NCBI GenBank assembly: GCA_050084515.1
Contig: CM114271.1
Span: 14,942,001-15,006,000, forward strand
Direction of reading: 5' to 3'
Origin: Blasia pusilla
Taxonomy: Eukaryota
DNA length: 64,000 nucleotides
Below are positions 1 to 18,474 of this stretch, one piece after another. Below the pieces are notes generated by a model, which saw only the letters and a list, made by a program, of their open reading frames with translations, was not told the origin of the DNA and searched no databases. A program made the translations under genes and the position numbers. How positions within the stretch are numbered: position 1 is the first letter of the stretch; every line of letters begins with the position of its first letter.

Positions 1-682
1 CATGCCCGAGTCAGCGAGATGCGATTAGAGCTCGATGGCAGGGAGAGAGTGATGAGGATTTGGTGCGAGGATGGCACGCGTCAGCATATTTGGGCTTCTT
101 GGCTATGGAGAGCCATATTGCTGAGACTTCGATGGCGAGGTCTGATGAAGAGTCCTTAGATCTAGAGGCCAGTGAAGAGACGACAGGTGGCCGAGATATT
201 CACGACAATGGAGAAGTCTTCGAGTACGTGCGTAGTGGCAGCGTCGCAAGCACAATGGGTGCTAGAGAGCGGGATCGGATCCTACAGCAAGCTAGACGGT
301 TACGGTGGGTGGGGACATATGTATAGCGAGTGTGGGAGGATGATAGAGTGCTTGTAGTGCCTCATCCTTCATAGAGAGCACGTTTGGTGCGTCATGCCCA
401 CGAGGAGTTGGGTCATTTTGGAGTGAAGCGGATGTACAACTTGCTCCAGGTTCATTATCGGTGGCGAGGCATACATACTGATGTTCAACAGTTTGTTTCC
501 AGATGCATAGTGTGTGATCGAGTCCGGGCATCGTGCAATGCTCCGACTCCACAGTTGCATCCATTTCTGATAATGGGTTTAGGTTATATGTGGAGTTTGG
601 ATTTTGCATGACCTTTATCTTTGACGGAGCGTCATAGTTGTTATATGTTGGTGATGGTTGAGCACTATTCAAAGTGGATAGA
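1..682 (+). mobile_element. Ty3/Gypsy pol fragment (RNaseH-IN linker, integrase Zn finger and start of core), second copy of the family at 17378-21460; pseudogenised
   Basis: Colinear with 19828-20510 (HAHEELGHFGVKR...CIVCDR...WSLDFA). Cut off at 682 by a TGTCGCA LTR. Contains in-frame stops. Confidence 0.9.
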
Positions 683-1687
683 TGTCGCATTCCTACTCTC
701 CTTGAACGTCAATCTTTATCGTTGCGGAAGCGTATGTTCAGTAGGACACGATCTCATCGCCGGTCTGGATCCAAACACACACTCTCGTTAATCGGGTCTG
801 GATCAACCAGCGTTCCAACCCACCGAGTTCTCAACTTGGCGTCTCATCAAGATCAACCTTCCTTACTTTCTAGTTTCCAAAACATGGCAAGTTCTTCAAG
901 ACTTGGAACAAACTTCTTGATTAGTCCAGGAACCTACAACGGCACTTGCGCGCCTAGCGATCCCAACTGTTCAACCGACCTCGTGTGAGTTCCAAACTGA
1001 GACCCAAGTAATTGAGTCGCGGGGTGAAATCCAAGAGGGATGTCTAAAATCGCCTCCATAGACTTGGTTCAGATTTTCCAACCCAACCCCAAACTCTCGA
1101 TCCGTTCCATGCCCTTGACCCGCCCCATGGCGCCCAAAGTGGGGTTCAAGTTCCAAGAACTCTCAGAGACCTTCCCCCTTACAAGTACTTGTGGGGTTCT
1201 CCAATAATCCCCCCACCTTTTGGAAAAGGAGGGTCGGGCCCTTCGTTCTGGCCCTCAACCCGACTCTACTTACAGCAATTTCCAAGTTGTTTCTCAGCTG
1301 CTGCTTATGTGTTTGCAGATATCTTTAGTGGGTTTGAACCGTCTTTCCATAAGTCTTCCAACACATCCTTGTTCAATCCAAACACATCTTGGCGCTAAAA
1401 GTTATAGCCATAAATACGGTCAAAAACTCTCAAACGCAAGTGGCGTTCCAAATCCGGATTCTTCCTTTGGCAACCCACTTCCTAGACTCAACTCCTTTCA
1501 AGTCTTGTTCCGCGTTTGGTCCAGGTTTCTCAATCGCGACCATAACATCTAGAACACGACGCCTTGCTTGCGTTTCGTCTCTTGTCTCTTCTTCGAGACC
1601 ACTCCAACGCGCAAACCATCTTAGCGTGAGCCCGCTAATGTTTCAATGTTCCGCTTTTGCACTCGTTTGGTCATGAGGGTTGCGACA
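683..1687 (-). mobile_element. 3' LTR (~1 kb) of a chromovirus-type Ty3/Gypsy element
   Basis: Termini TGTCGCA...TGCGACA form a 7-bp inverted repeat. Minus-strand polypurine tract AAAGAGGGATGAG lies at 1688-1700. Near-complete second copy at 36698-37698. Confidence 0.9.
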
Positions 1688-2412
1688 CTCATCCCTCTTT
1701 AGAGGTTGATGCCCTCATCAATGCAAACCTTTGTTATGTCAAGTCTCTTGGGCAGCCTACCCCTTGAAATTGAATTACGTTCTGGTGGCTAATCCGCAAT
1801 TCCTCTTAGTCTACAGTTGTCGCTTTGCACCACTTAGAATTATTAGCCTCTCCTCTTTGATAAGCATGGACTCGTTCCAAAGAACTAACCTATCAAATAA
1901 GCTAACTAAGTGTGCAACCTTAGACTCTTCTGGCTCATTCTTGTAAACATCACACCTGTTTACTTGGTCTACAAATCGTACTATTATTGGGTCGCTCTCG
2001 CATTCGACTTAGGCGCGTCACTAAGTTTACTTATGTAGCCATAAGTAAGATCATCACAAGCCCCAAGACAGATTCATCTGCCCCGCCGACGCTAGGGCGA
2101 GCCCGAGTGTAATCCAACACAAGGTCGTGTTCTAGGTGTTTATCCACATACGAGCTCTTACCTCAAATACTCCTTGTCTGTCCTCTTGACTTACATCCTA
2201 AGCCTATGATGAATGACTCATAGCCATGCACTACCACATAAAAATTGCTATCAACTCTGGCATCAAATCTCCAAATCCATGCACTCCTTTATTGCAACAT
2301 TAGCATATTCTAGTTACAACGGCCATCAGCCCAAGATTCCAATGGGTATAAGTCATGTCTCTAGCTTCTCCACGTACTAACATATGTGATTTGCTTGCGT
2401 TTGCTTGAAGTC

Positions 2413-2760
2413 TCACAACAACCCTTGCGCGTGTTCCAAATCCGCCTCCGTAATCCAAGTCGCCTCCTTCACATGGAAGCCCTTCCATTTAACCAAGTAT
2501 TCGTACTTGTTGGCCCGACGCCTCGAACGTAAGATGGTCTCCACCTCAAATTCCGGCTCTTCATTTATGATTATCGGGTGCGGTCTCACCACCTGTCTCC
2601 GCTCGAAACATCCATTATCTTGAAGATATTTCTTCAACAATGACACATGAAATATCGGGTGAATCTTGAACTCGTCCGGCAGCCCCAATGTATACACATC
2701 CTTAAACGGGTTTGCCACAATCACATACGGTCCAGCATACTTGGCAAACAGCTTTGCATT
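2413..2760 (-). mobile_element. Chromovirus integrase C-terminus (GPY/F module plus chromodomain); element truncated upstream
   Basis: AKYAGPY...YTLGLPDEFKIHPIFHVSLLK...EFEVETILRSRRRANKYEYLVKWKGFHVKEATW, a typical GPY/F plus chromodomain, upstream of the PPT and LTR on the minus strand. Confidence 0.9.
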
Positions 2761-4900
2761 TGATAATCATGCTGCATATTTTCGACTCACGCCCATGAAA
2801 AATTGATTGAAATTCCATCTTGTTGGAGCTAGTGGATGTCATGCATTCCTACAAATTGACTAGATATTTGTTGTTGTGTTTGAGTTTTTCAACCATTTAT
2901 GAGATAGGGCATTTATCGATTGATATGTCTATGCCACATATGCCACTCATGGGTTCATGTTAACATTTGATAGACCCTTTGATTCAATTGTGACCATATC
3001 ATGATGCTCAAAGTTACAACACGCCACCTGATCGTAATATTGTGCCACTCATGTCATCTAATTGTAATGTCGTCTTCCTATCATCATATCACAATAAACA
3101 CATAGAGAGAGGATTGCGTGACCTAGGGCATATAGAGGATATATAGAGCCATTGAAATTGAGGCCTATGAAAGGACTTTGAGGATGGGTCTCAATATGAC
3201 CTTGGATGACCATGAGGAATTGGCATGAAAACTTTACAAGATAGGGAAGAGGCAAGCACATCGACATCCCATATGAATCCTAGGAGGAACCTTTGTTAAC
3301 CACGATGTTGGAGGGCAGTTGCAACCATCTATAGTGATTTATATCTAGCATTGAAAATTCACCAAGATGAATAATATTGGACAAAAAAGTTTATACTTTT
3401 CTCTTGGTCGATGTAGGAGGAAGTGTTGATACTTTCTCTATTGACTCATACGAATTTAATTTTTCTTATAAATAATGGATAACCATGCATGTTTATTTTG
3501 TACTTAAAGACATTAACACAAATCCTTCTCATGTTCATGTTAACTCCTAATCTTGAGCATGTGGGCAAGTAGAGGGAGAGAGACAAAGCTTGGTTGTTAT
3601 AGTTCACCCTTTGAAATTTAGATAGTTTCTCACCTTCGAAGTATCAACTTTGTGCCACTACTTGTGGCCCTTCATCTAACTAAACATCATGACTATCGAC
3701 TTTGGGGTTTGCTTCTTGGGACATATCCTCAAGGTTATTTAGGGTACTCTAATGGATAATGACACCTTATATGTCTTCACTTCCTGAATTCATTATATTC
3801 TCGAACCTCATATTTTTTGCATGCTATTTCCAAATGCATGTCTCATGGTTGGTCTTGTCGTAATTCATGCTTTGGAAATAATTTTATGGTGATACCGATC
3901 ATTTTGATGAATCCTTCCTTCACCTCCTAGTTGGTCCTTTTCTTAGGAAATGGAATCAAGGCTTGCTCATGCATCTCATCTTGTTCATTAGTTCTCACAA
4001 ATGGTTCAAGACTTCGCTCATGTACAAGTCTCAAACCCTCTTAGTCCTATCACATAGTTTATTGGTCGAGTTGTATTGTAGTTGTTTCAAGGGTTCTCAC
4101 CCATCTTAACATACCCCAAAACCTTGTGAACCGCTCCATCCTTCTTCACTAGGCAAAATTTCCCGTATGACTCTTACATCCATCTTGAATATGCTTATGT
4201 CTCATGGCTTGTATTGCTTGGACTCCATGTTGTTTCCATAGTCTTGCAATCGACTTTATGATGGAAAAAGTTAAGTAAGATGATTCGTGGTCACGATTAT
4301 CAACGTAAGGCCCCGCCATCATACAAATCTAATCCTTAGCTTTTTGCGATGTGAGAGCAATAATAGGCTTGTGATTAATCAAAGTATTGTCAAGTTGAAG
4401 GAAGGATTGGCTTGATTCAACAAGAAACTAATCGATTTGGAGAATGTGGATCTCGATTGAATTATTATGTAGGCTCAATGAAACCTTAATTAAGGAAAAT
4501 AGTGTCAATATGTCCATGCGCCAAACTACTAATAGTTTATGTGACACAATTTCCATTTGTTGAAATTTATATGTTTGGTGAAAAAAAGGGGGAAAATTTT
4601 CAACTTTCACGTGAAATGTGATCAAGTAGTGGGAGTGAATTTGTGAAGAAACAAACTAGTGTTCATTTTTCTAATTGGAAAATCTTTAAAACTAGAAGAA
4701 TTTAAGCTGAAAATATCTTCACTCGATAGGCACGCGTACAACATTTCATGACCAACATTTTCACATGAAGGTGTGGAATTTTCTTCTAACACCACAAAAT
4801 AAATAAATAATGTAACGCAATAAACTATTTTGAAATTCTCTCACAAATCATAAAAAAGCGAAGTTATAAGAAATGACTATAAGAACCTTCATATAAGCTA

Positions 4901-5117
4901 CTAACAAGATGCTCGTGCGATGCACGAAAAATAGAAAAGTGTTTGAAGAGTTCTTGTTAGTGTATAGTCCGTGAAGGGAAGGAACTAATGATGTTACACA
5001 AAAATTCAAACTTTTTTCTGCCCGTGACATGAATTTTTTTTTTTTTACTACCCAATTGCTACCTGTCAAACAAAGATGTTTGCAAATCAAAAAAGCACTC
5101 TTACTTAATAATATAGA
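4901..5117 (-). mobile_element. Non-autonomous Helitron (~217 bp)
   Basis: On the minus strand: 5' TCTATATTATT, 3' hairpin CGTGCATCGCACG then TTAG (CTAG variant), inserted between A and T. Colinear with 14511-14712. Confidence 0.75.
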
Positions 5118-6023
5118 TTTTCATGACAAAATTCATATTATAATGAAAGAAATAAAAAAAAATCATTCCTAGGTAGTGGCGTTGGTGGTGTCCTTGGGAT
5201 CCCAATCGTATGAGGTGGGTAGTTGGATAAAAAATTAATTAAAAATTTTTAAAATGGGAAGTAGGAAATAATAAAAGTGATATTTCGGTGGATGGTCAAA
5301 GTCATGCGGTTAGCGGCAAAAACTCGTATCGTACTACCACTATGTGCTGTATCGCGTGGTGGACGGACGGCCGGATTTGATTGGCGTAGGTGCCACAACA
5401 GCGTGCGATGCGTGGTGGCTGTTGGATATTCACATCTACGGTCGTCCACAGAAGCGTGGCTGTATTTCTGTATTGTCATGAAAACAATTGTTTCACACCT
5501 TACGGCTCTGCTTAAATGGAAAATCGACAGCTTTTATATTAAGCTGTTCGATTGCATCTGGTTCTTGCGTGGACTCAAAAAATGGCCACAACTCTTTGTT
5601 CTTCGGATATTTCTACAATTTTCTCGGTGGTTTCAGTGCTTTTGGCGTCGCCCAGTTTATTTAAGTGGGAATTGTTTTCTTGACCTAGTGAGGGAAAGGG
5701 TGGGCTGTGCAAATATGCCAAGCAGAAATTATGCTAAAACATAGGGTATTTTAGTCACAATTGCGTGCTCGGCGCCGGTATTTTTGGCTTCCATTTTTAA
5801 TAAATATAATTAATTTCCATTAAGGTAATGATGAACGCCTTACTCTTCCATTTCCTAAGGAGTACCAAATAGCTCTTTACTACCATTTTCCATCTCCTTT
5901 GAAATTCAAACATGATCTTTCCTCCTCCCTCAAATTTTAGTCATCCATCATGATTTTAGGAACATTTCAAAAGAAAATTAAGAAAAGTGTTTGCATTTTT
6001 TCATGTTGAGCATATTGTGATAA

Positions 6024-6174
6024 TCCATATTATAATTTGAGGAGTGCTTATTACATGGCGATGACATATGTCATTCTTAATCTAACACATATTTCAGGAG
6101 AGGGGCGTATATGCACGTATACATTTCATGACACGGGGATGTGTATGCACAAGACCCTCGCGGGCACTAACTAG
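6024..6174 (+). mobile_element. Putative small non-autonomous Helitron
   Basis: A|TCCATATTATAAT start; short degenerate GC hairpin (CCCTCGCGGG) before CTAG|T. Confidence 0.45.
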
Positions 6175-8040
6175 TATAGACTATTGGAGGTTGATTATGT
6201 CTTCACATCCCACTCTCTTTTGCTTACTCTCATGATTGAAAAAAAAAAGAGGCCCTTTTATTTCAGCGATGTATTTGTCTATAAGTACATTAATTTTCTT
6301 TTAGTGTATATAAACCCCTTTTTCATCAAGAGATGTAAGGGTATGAAAGATGGTGATGGATTTTAAATGCAAAGATATGAAACGCCAAATATTTTATCAT
6401 GCATGTAAGCTTGCGGCCTATGTCTAATAATCTTGGTGACCAGCTTGTAACAATTCATGAGACTCTTTGCCAAATTAATCTTATCTCGTAAATAATTTTC
6501 GCAGGATAATTTGGTCTCATGGCATATTCTAAGAAATTGTGGCGTTGACGTATTGGTTTCCTTCGCTGTCTCTTTTATATATATAAATTCCATAAAATGA
6601 GGGAATTTTATTCAGTCTCCGTGTTTTCATTCGCTTTTATGTTTTTTTTCCCCTTCTTCTCTTCTAAAAAAAAGTAAAATAATTTCTCTATATGTGTTCA
6701 CGTCCATAAACTGCAGATGACTGCGTACGGAATGCTCATCCATGGAATCGCAACTTTAACACGTGTTAGCTAATCTTCGGCTTACATGTGACATGCATGC
6801 ATATGCATGTGATGATGCCACATGCTCAAATTGTTCCCTAACTGACCGCATTTTGCATATCACATGGACTTTTGAGAAGCCACATGTTTAGGGTCCGTTT
6901 AAACATCTCTCTCCTTAAATATAGTCATTTTTGGGGTTATGATGGATTTAGTACAGTTCGTAAACGTATGCTCCTCAACACGTGGCTCCATGCAGTTGGT
7001 GACATGCTTGCAATACCTTCTTCTACTTGTTGAATTTTCTTTTTTCTTTCTCATTGAAACACCCATTTTCATACGACTTTTCGTCTTGGACGGAATACAT
7101 GGGCTGGGATAAGGGAAATCATTGAAGACCTCATTTTGCTATTTGGGCTGGTGGGGAATGGTCCCCCTAATTGATGCGTCCAAATCCTCATCAAAAACCC
7201 ATTACCAAAGGGATGAACTCCTTTTGTATGCTCGTTTTAAGAAAAAGTTGCCAAGAGAGACCAAATTTGAGGGCATGTTTGAGTAATGTGTTGTAGTTGA
7301 ACGAATAATCTTGGTTACATTGTTCAAAAACTAGTGGGAGTCTAAAATTGATATAAGTACCAATTAAAAAATTTACCTTCATTTCCAAGTTACATGTAAA
7401 AGAAAAGGTTGAATACCATTTAACTCCTTTAGAAGTAAGAGTTTCATGGACTTATCAAAATGAAGAAAGCTTCTTTCTTCAGGTAATGGCACACTTACCA
7501 TTCCCGCGGAGAAGGCTCCTGCTTTCATAACATAGCCGTAGAGGAATTAAACCCAAAAACACTATTTTGGTCAAGCAAAATCGCAATACCCTTCCATTCT
7601 GATGTCAAGTTTTTTCAAGCAGTGCTGAGGGAATGTAACACTCACCTTGATTGCACTATTTCATACAACAAATGAGTCCAAGTGACACATACATAGGAGT
7701 ACCTGATGCATTTTCTCTTCCAAAAGAATGAGATGTACAAGTTTATCAACTGAGTTCAATTACTCACTTCAAGTGAATTGGAACTGAGTACTCGAGGAAA
7801 ACCGTTGGCGATTCCATCCGGAAAACATCTGAGAGACATTAAGGAGCTCACATGTCACTCCACTTGAGGTACCTTCACATGAAGGTCTTGCTTGTGCAGG
7901 CAGGGCTATGTCCCAATCAAATCAGGACCTCAGACACGAGCTATGATCATCTACCGTTCTGAAATTGAGAGTGATAGCTTTACAGTCCTCGTACGTTACA
8001 TTTCCTTTGCCTCTATTACCAAGGTATAGACTATAAATCT

Positions 8041-13485
<5,445 letters not shown>

Positions 13486-14510
13486 CTCCGCCTCCGGAAT
13501 TCGCCAACCGCGACTCGCAGACCCGATTATCCCCTGCTCCCAACTCCCCTCCCCTCCCCTCCAAACGCGGATCGAGCAACCTCGCTCTATCACCGACTAC
13601 CCATCTCTCGCCTCCAATACCCGCGCACCTTATCAGACACTCTATCCATACAGACGCTCATCTCAATCACAATCGAAATCTCTCTCTCTCCTTCCCTCCA
13701 ACACCTTCTTCCTGAGTTCTTTCTCTCTGTGCGGAGCAGGAGGAAGAAGAGCAGCTGCTGCTGCAGAGGGCTGGTGGTTCACAGGGGTTTGGGACGGGGT
13801 TGGGGTCCTCATCCGAGGGACTTCACTGGGCGACCGCCGCGTCGGCGGGGAGCGGGGCCACGTGGACGGGTGGACGTCGCCACGTGTGAGACGGAGAGGA
13901 AGGCGAACATTAGCCATGCAACTTGTTAGGCCCGCTGGCTGGCATTTGGCGAGAGGCTTCCGGTGTTTAATCGGGAAATTTTGTAATAAAGTTCTACGGT
14001 TTTATTTCTTAGATAAGTAATTAGAAAATACTATTTACCAGTTTCTTTTTTTAATTAAATTTTTTTTAGGACCTCTTGAGATTCCGCTCTTCATCATTCC
14101 AACACCACTTAATTAACAATGCCTAGCATGGGTATACTCACCAGGTATACTTGCCCATAGTTGAGTTAATTTCACCAAGTGTTTCCAACTCCTAGATAGA
14201 TGAAAATATCAATAATAATTTTATAGACGCGGAGTGCATTATAACCTATTGCAACATGTCCCTCCTCGGAACGCTTGCAACCAAACGCTTAGTTTGGTTT
14301 GCAAGCGTCCTTACTTCATGAATGCATGACCTCCACTTCTTAAGAAGACTGTTGTATAAACCATGCTTTATGGAGGACGGATGATCATATTGTCAAAAGT
14401 TTGAAGAAGCTTTTTTCTGCTTATGCTACGAAAGTACGTTCTAATCGTCGCAATGCTATATCCACGACAAAGAGGCATTTGCAAATCAAGAAGTTATCCT
14501 CCCTTAATAA

Positions 14511-14712
14511 TCTATATTATTATTATTAGAGAGTGCCTTCTTGATTTGCAAACACCTTTGTATTTGACATGTGGCAATTGGGCAACGAGAAAATGTTTCA
14601 CATACTATGGGAAGCAAGAAAAATTAAATTTGTGTGCCGCATCATTAGTCCCTTCACGAGCTATTTAAACCCTCTTGTTTTTTTTCCGTGCATAGCACGC
14701 TCACCTTACTAG
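14511..14712 (+). mobile_element. Non-autonomous Helitron (~202 bp) upstream of glutathione reductase
   Basis: A|TCTATATTATT ... CGTGCATAGCACG hairpin ... CTAG|T. Same family as 4901-5117. Confidence 0.8.
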
Positions 14713-15082
14713 TATAGATAGATAGATGAATAGATATGAGGAATTATGCCCAACATAATATCTTTATTACGAAGAAATTTTTCCTATTTTCCTTACTAAT
14801 CTTTTGGTTAGATCTTGTCTTCAGAAATCCCCTCGATCCGTTTTGTGTCCCTTGTTCAAAAAAACACCTCTTCTTATTGTATTTTACCGAAATCAGGCTT
14901 GATGAATATTTTCAAGAGCAATCACTACCAATTAGAAAATGTGTGATAAGTATTTACTTGAGGGAGGAATTCCATTTTGGACTTTGGGAGAAATCTAGAT
15001 GTTATCTATCAACTCAAAGTTAATTACCAACGATCTGCCTTTATTAACACCTAGCAAGCCACCACCACCTAGTCACACAATA

Positions 15083-15172
15083 ACGTGCGCCTACTCTCGT
15101 TGAACGATAATCTTTGTTGTTGCGGAAGCGTGGGTTTAGTAGGTCAGGCTCTCAACGCTGATCTGTACCCCA
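15083..15172 (-). mobile_element. ~90-bp fragment of an LTR end related to the 683/36698 LTR family
   Basis: CCTACTCTCGTTGAACG...GTTGCGGAAGCGT...AGTAGG aligns with the first ~90 nt of the LTRs at 683 and 36698. Confidence 0.65.
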
Positions 15173-15174
15173 GC

Positions 15175-16554
15175 CTCACGTCCGGCGTCTCCCTCGGCGC
15201 GTCTAGGTGGTGGTACTCTACCTCCTCCACGGGCAGCTGCACCACCCTGTCGGGAAACTCCAGCTCCTCATCCCCCAACGGGACCACCTAGTGCACAATC
15301 TCTAGGCCCACTCGGACCTGCTACTCGCTCTGGTGCCCTCTCTAGCCCTCGGTCCGGACGTAACTCAGGATGTAGACTGAAACACTAGGCGCGTGTTTGA
15401 CCATACCTTTGACAATATTCACACTGATAACCTACTGGTGCAGCACCATCTCCTCCTCCATGTTGAGGCACACGTCCATGACCCTGACGAGTGCAATCGC
15501 GCTGATGACGGGCTCCACCACATAACCAACAAGTAATAGTACGTGACTGCTGGTGAGCGGCATATGAAGGCGCAGGTCTCTGTGGCACGGCCTCTCGGTA
15601 TCCTCCTGAGGCGAGAGCGTGGGGCTGGGGGAAGCGATCCACGATTGTGTGCACCTATCTTGGACTCCAAGATGTTCGGTGGTGCCACAACCGACCTATC
15701 TTGAGTCCATGTTCTTTCGCACACAATCGTGGATCGCTCGCCAGAACCCATGGTGGCTACGCTCTCCTCTGCCATGTTGCGCTCAATGTTCTCATCGGTC
15801 CTAAAAACATCTCTCAATGTAGGTGAGGTGTTCATAAGAAGCACCCACTCCCGCACCTGTGTCCGCAGGGTCCGATCCAGCATCACGTACCATGACTGGA
15901 TAGCCTGAGCCTCTGTCACCCCTGAGTGACGTTGATCAACCGACGCAAGCGAGTATAAGCCTCACGTAAACTCTCACCCAGGCGCCTCTGGAAGTTGTGG
16001 GGGCTCCACAACTTTTCCGTTTGTACCCCCTGGTAGCTCGCCCTCAACTCAGCAAAGAACTCAACCACAGGGTTCAACCTCAGACGAACCCGACTAGACG
16101 GTGCAACTGCTCCCGTGCGAGTCACCCCTCCTAAAACGTCACTAGTGGAAGAGGAAGTAGCCTCTCCTGACTCCTCCTCCTCATCTAGGAACGGCTTCGT
16201 CCATGACACATAATGTGGGTCATAGTAGAGCCTCCACGCCTCGATCTCACGTGCATATCTCTGAGAGAACTCATGGTAATCGTCCATGGGCGCCCCCTCT
16301 AAATGCTGGAACATACCGTTCCATGCTGTAAATGGGTTAAACTCTCTAGAGTTCCTGGCCCGCTGGGAGTCGCACCAACTCCTAAACTCTGGTATGAAAT
16401 CGTGCAACTCAATCGTGCCTACTGGACCTGAAAACCTACGCGGTCCTCTACCCCGATCGTCCATCTCGTACGCCCAATTGGTAGGACCACTCACAATGTG
16501 TGGCGATGTGCTCACAAACTCCTCTACACCCTCCCCCTCGTCTGACAATGACAC
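15175..16554 (-). mobile_element. Ty3/Gypsy gag remnant (capsid-like region plus Zn knuckles), frameshifted
   Basis: ORFs 16554-15916 and 15919-15419 (FQRRLGESLREAYTRLRRL gag-like motif) followed by CCHC-like CWLCGGARHQRDC and degenerate CEYCQRYG. Confidence 0.75.
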
Positions 16555-17377
16555 AGAAGGAGGTCGACGTGGTCACTCACGTGCAGACCCTCGGAACGCC
16601 ACTCCGCGTAAAACCTCTAGAGCTACTCTCGGGTTCACCACCTTGCCTCTCAAAGTCCCGAACGGACTCCGTGATGACCCTCGTGCCCCTCTCACTCGAT
16701 CACTCTGAACCTCGTGAGTAATCCCTCAATCACTCATCCTAAACATGCGGCACTCGATCTACACTCTCCCTCCCCAAGACGTGTAACATGCGGCAATAGG
16801 CGGCGTGGTGCGGTAAATCGAAAAGACTATCATCTCATCGACAACCTACCCTCAACTCCGGACATCCCACACAGGTGTATGTTCCCTAAACCACATACGT
16901 AACTAATGCTCTCAGCATCCACACACCCAATATCCCCAAATAAACTACCAAAATCCCAGAATTCCTCACACGTGTAGGGTAAAGGACCAGAATGGGTAAC
17001 CTGAACACATGTCGATGTCGCTCCTCAGCAATTGTAAATCTTGACCCCAACTCGGTTGTGAAGCCAAACTCCTCAAACCAGAAAAACATAATCTGCTCCA
17101 CAATGACGGTGCGGCTCCGCGATCGAGACGGTGTGGTGCGACATTGAGCGGCACGGTGTGGAAATCGGTGGCGCGTTGCGGCTACGGGCGTCACGTCACG
17201 GTCCTCAATCTTCGTGGAGCAGCTTCCAACTCAAAACATAGTAACGCGGCTAGAAAACTCGAACCCCATAAATCATTGGGTCACACGTCGTCCAGAAAAG
17301 TACTCCAATCGGTCGACGACAGCTTGACGGGTAATGGGCCAGCTGACGGGTGAAAGGGCCTCGCGAAGGGTTGACGG

Positions 17378-18130
17378 CCTGACTTATTGTCTGCGTCCAC
17401 GGTACAGGGGTACCAGAGTTCCCTACCGAGGGATATTTCCTTGTTGGGGGCGCAAGACTTAGAGCGGGTAGGGACCATTGATTTGGTCATTTCCAGTTGG
17501 TCATGTTAGGGCCAATTGAGTGCTGGACGAGGTAGCGGGTTGGTTGACACTTGGTCCAGATTATTTTGGGAGATGTTGAGGGTCTTACGGCACTTGCAAG
17601 AGCACTAGTCTCGTCTCCACGCTACATTCTGGAGAATGTGCCGATCTTAGGAGACTCCATGTCACGGGTGGTGACGAGTGCTCATCAGGTACGTGCCTGG
17701 ATCAGCCCAGCAGTGTTCTTGGATGCGGCGAGTGTAGGTTCTAGAGCCCATCGCACGCGTCTATGGTGGACCAACTTGTTGCCCCATGTGGTGTTACGGA
17801 GGGCGTATGCGAGAGTGGAGCGCTCCTCCCAGTTGTTAGTGGATTCCATTCTAGATCCATGTCGTCAATCACAAGCAGAGAGGCACGATGATCAACCAAC
17901 CCTCACTTTGGTCAACAGGGTAGGCAGGCCGCGGGTAGCCTTTCCCACGTTTGTGAGTTTTCCCGCTGCCTATGCATACAAGGAGGCCCTTCTTGGCTTG
18001 GTTTGGGATGACCAGGTTCAGAGGTTGGTGGAGCCCAACGTCGATAAGAGAGAGCGGGCGACAGAAGCATCACGACGCCATGTCTTGGGTCAGGCAATGG
18101 ACCTGAACTGCTTGACATGGATCTTCAGCT
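17378..18130 (+). pseudogene. DNMT3-like cytosine-5 DNA methyltransferase domain embedded in a retrotransposon pol (disrupted; motif I absent)
   Basis: Translation across stops and a frameshift: DISLLGAQDLERVGTIDLVISSWSC*GQLSAGRGSGLVDTWSRLFWEMLRVL (motifs IV/V), YILENV (motif VI, ENV at 17632-17640), DAASVGSRAHRTRLWWTNL (VII/VIII), RRHVLGQAMD (X). Confidence 0.88.
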
Positions 18131-18474
18131 TGGGGGTGGCTGAGCAGCGTCGGATGAGATCGCCACAGATCACAGTAGTTGCGTTGGTGAGCCCCATGCC
18201 TACTGAGACGGTGGAGGCAGTGGCTGGGGGCGAGACCCGAGCAGATCGACACACCAGGGGAGATCGGGAGAGACACCCTTGGACTTCTTGGGATGTTTTG
18301 CAGGTACACCAAGAGATGATAGCCACAACATCGAGCGTGGTTCCGAGCACTGCATGTGGAGGAGATCATAGTTTGCAGTTGGCTGCAGAAGAGCAGTCGA
18401 GCGTTGTTGTTTGAGACGGGGTTGCACCATAGCAACCACCGATACCCACACCAGAGCGTCCTACCGTAGTCACG

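Noticed and set aside
2780-4400. Additional retroelement coding remnants
   Set aside because: Only faint RT/RNaseH-like texture; too decayed to support boundaries or family.
13486-13593. GR start at the GTG at 13593 as given in the ORF track
   Set aside because: Non-ATG start; first in-frame ATG is 13485.
17378-18130. Functional host DNMT3/DRM gene
   Set aside because: No introns, motif I missing, stop in motif IV, frameshift, motif IX partly deleted, and directly continuous with retrotransposon pol.
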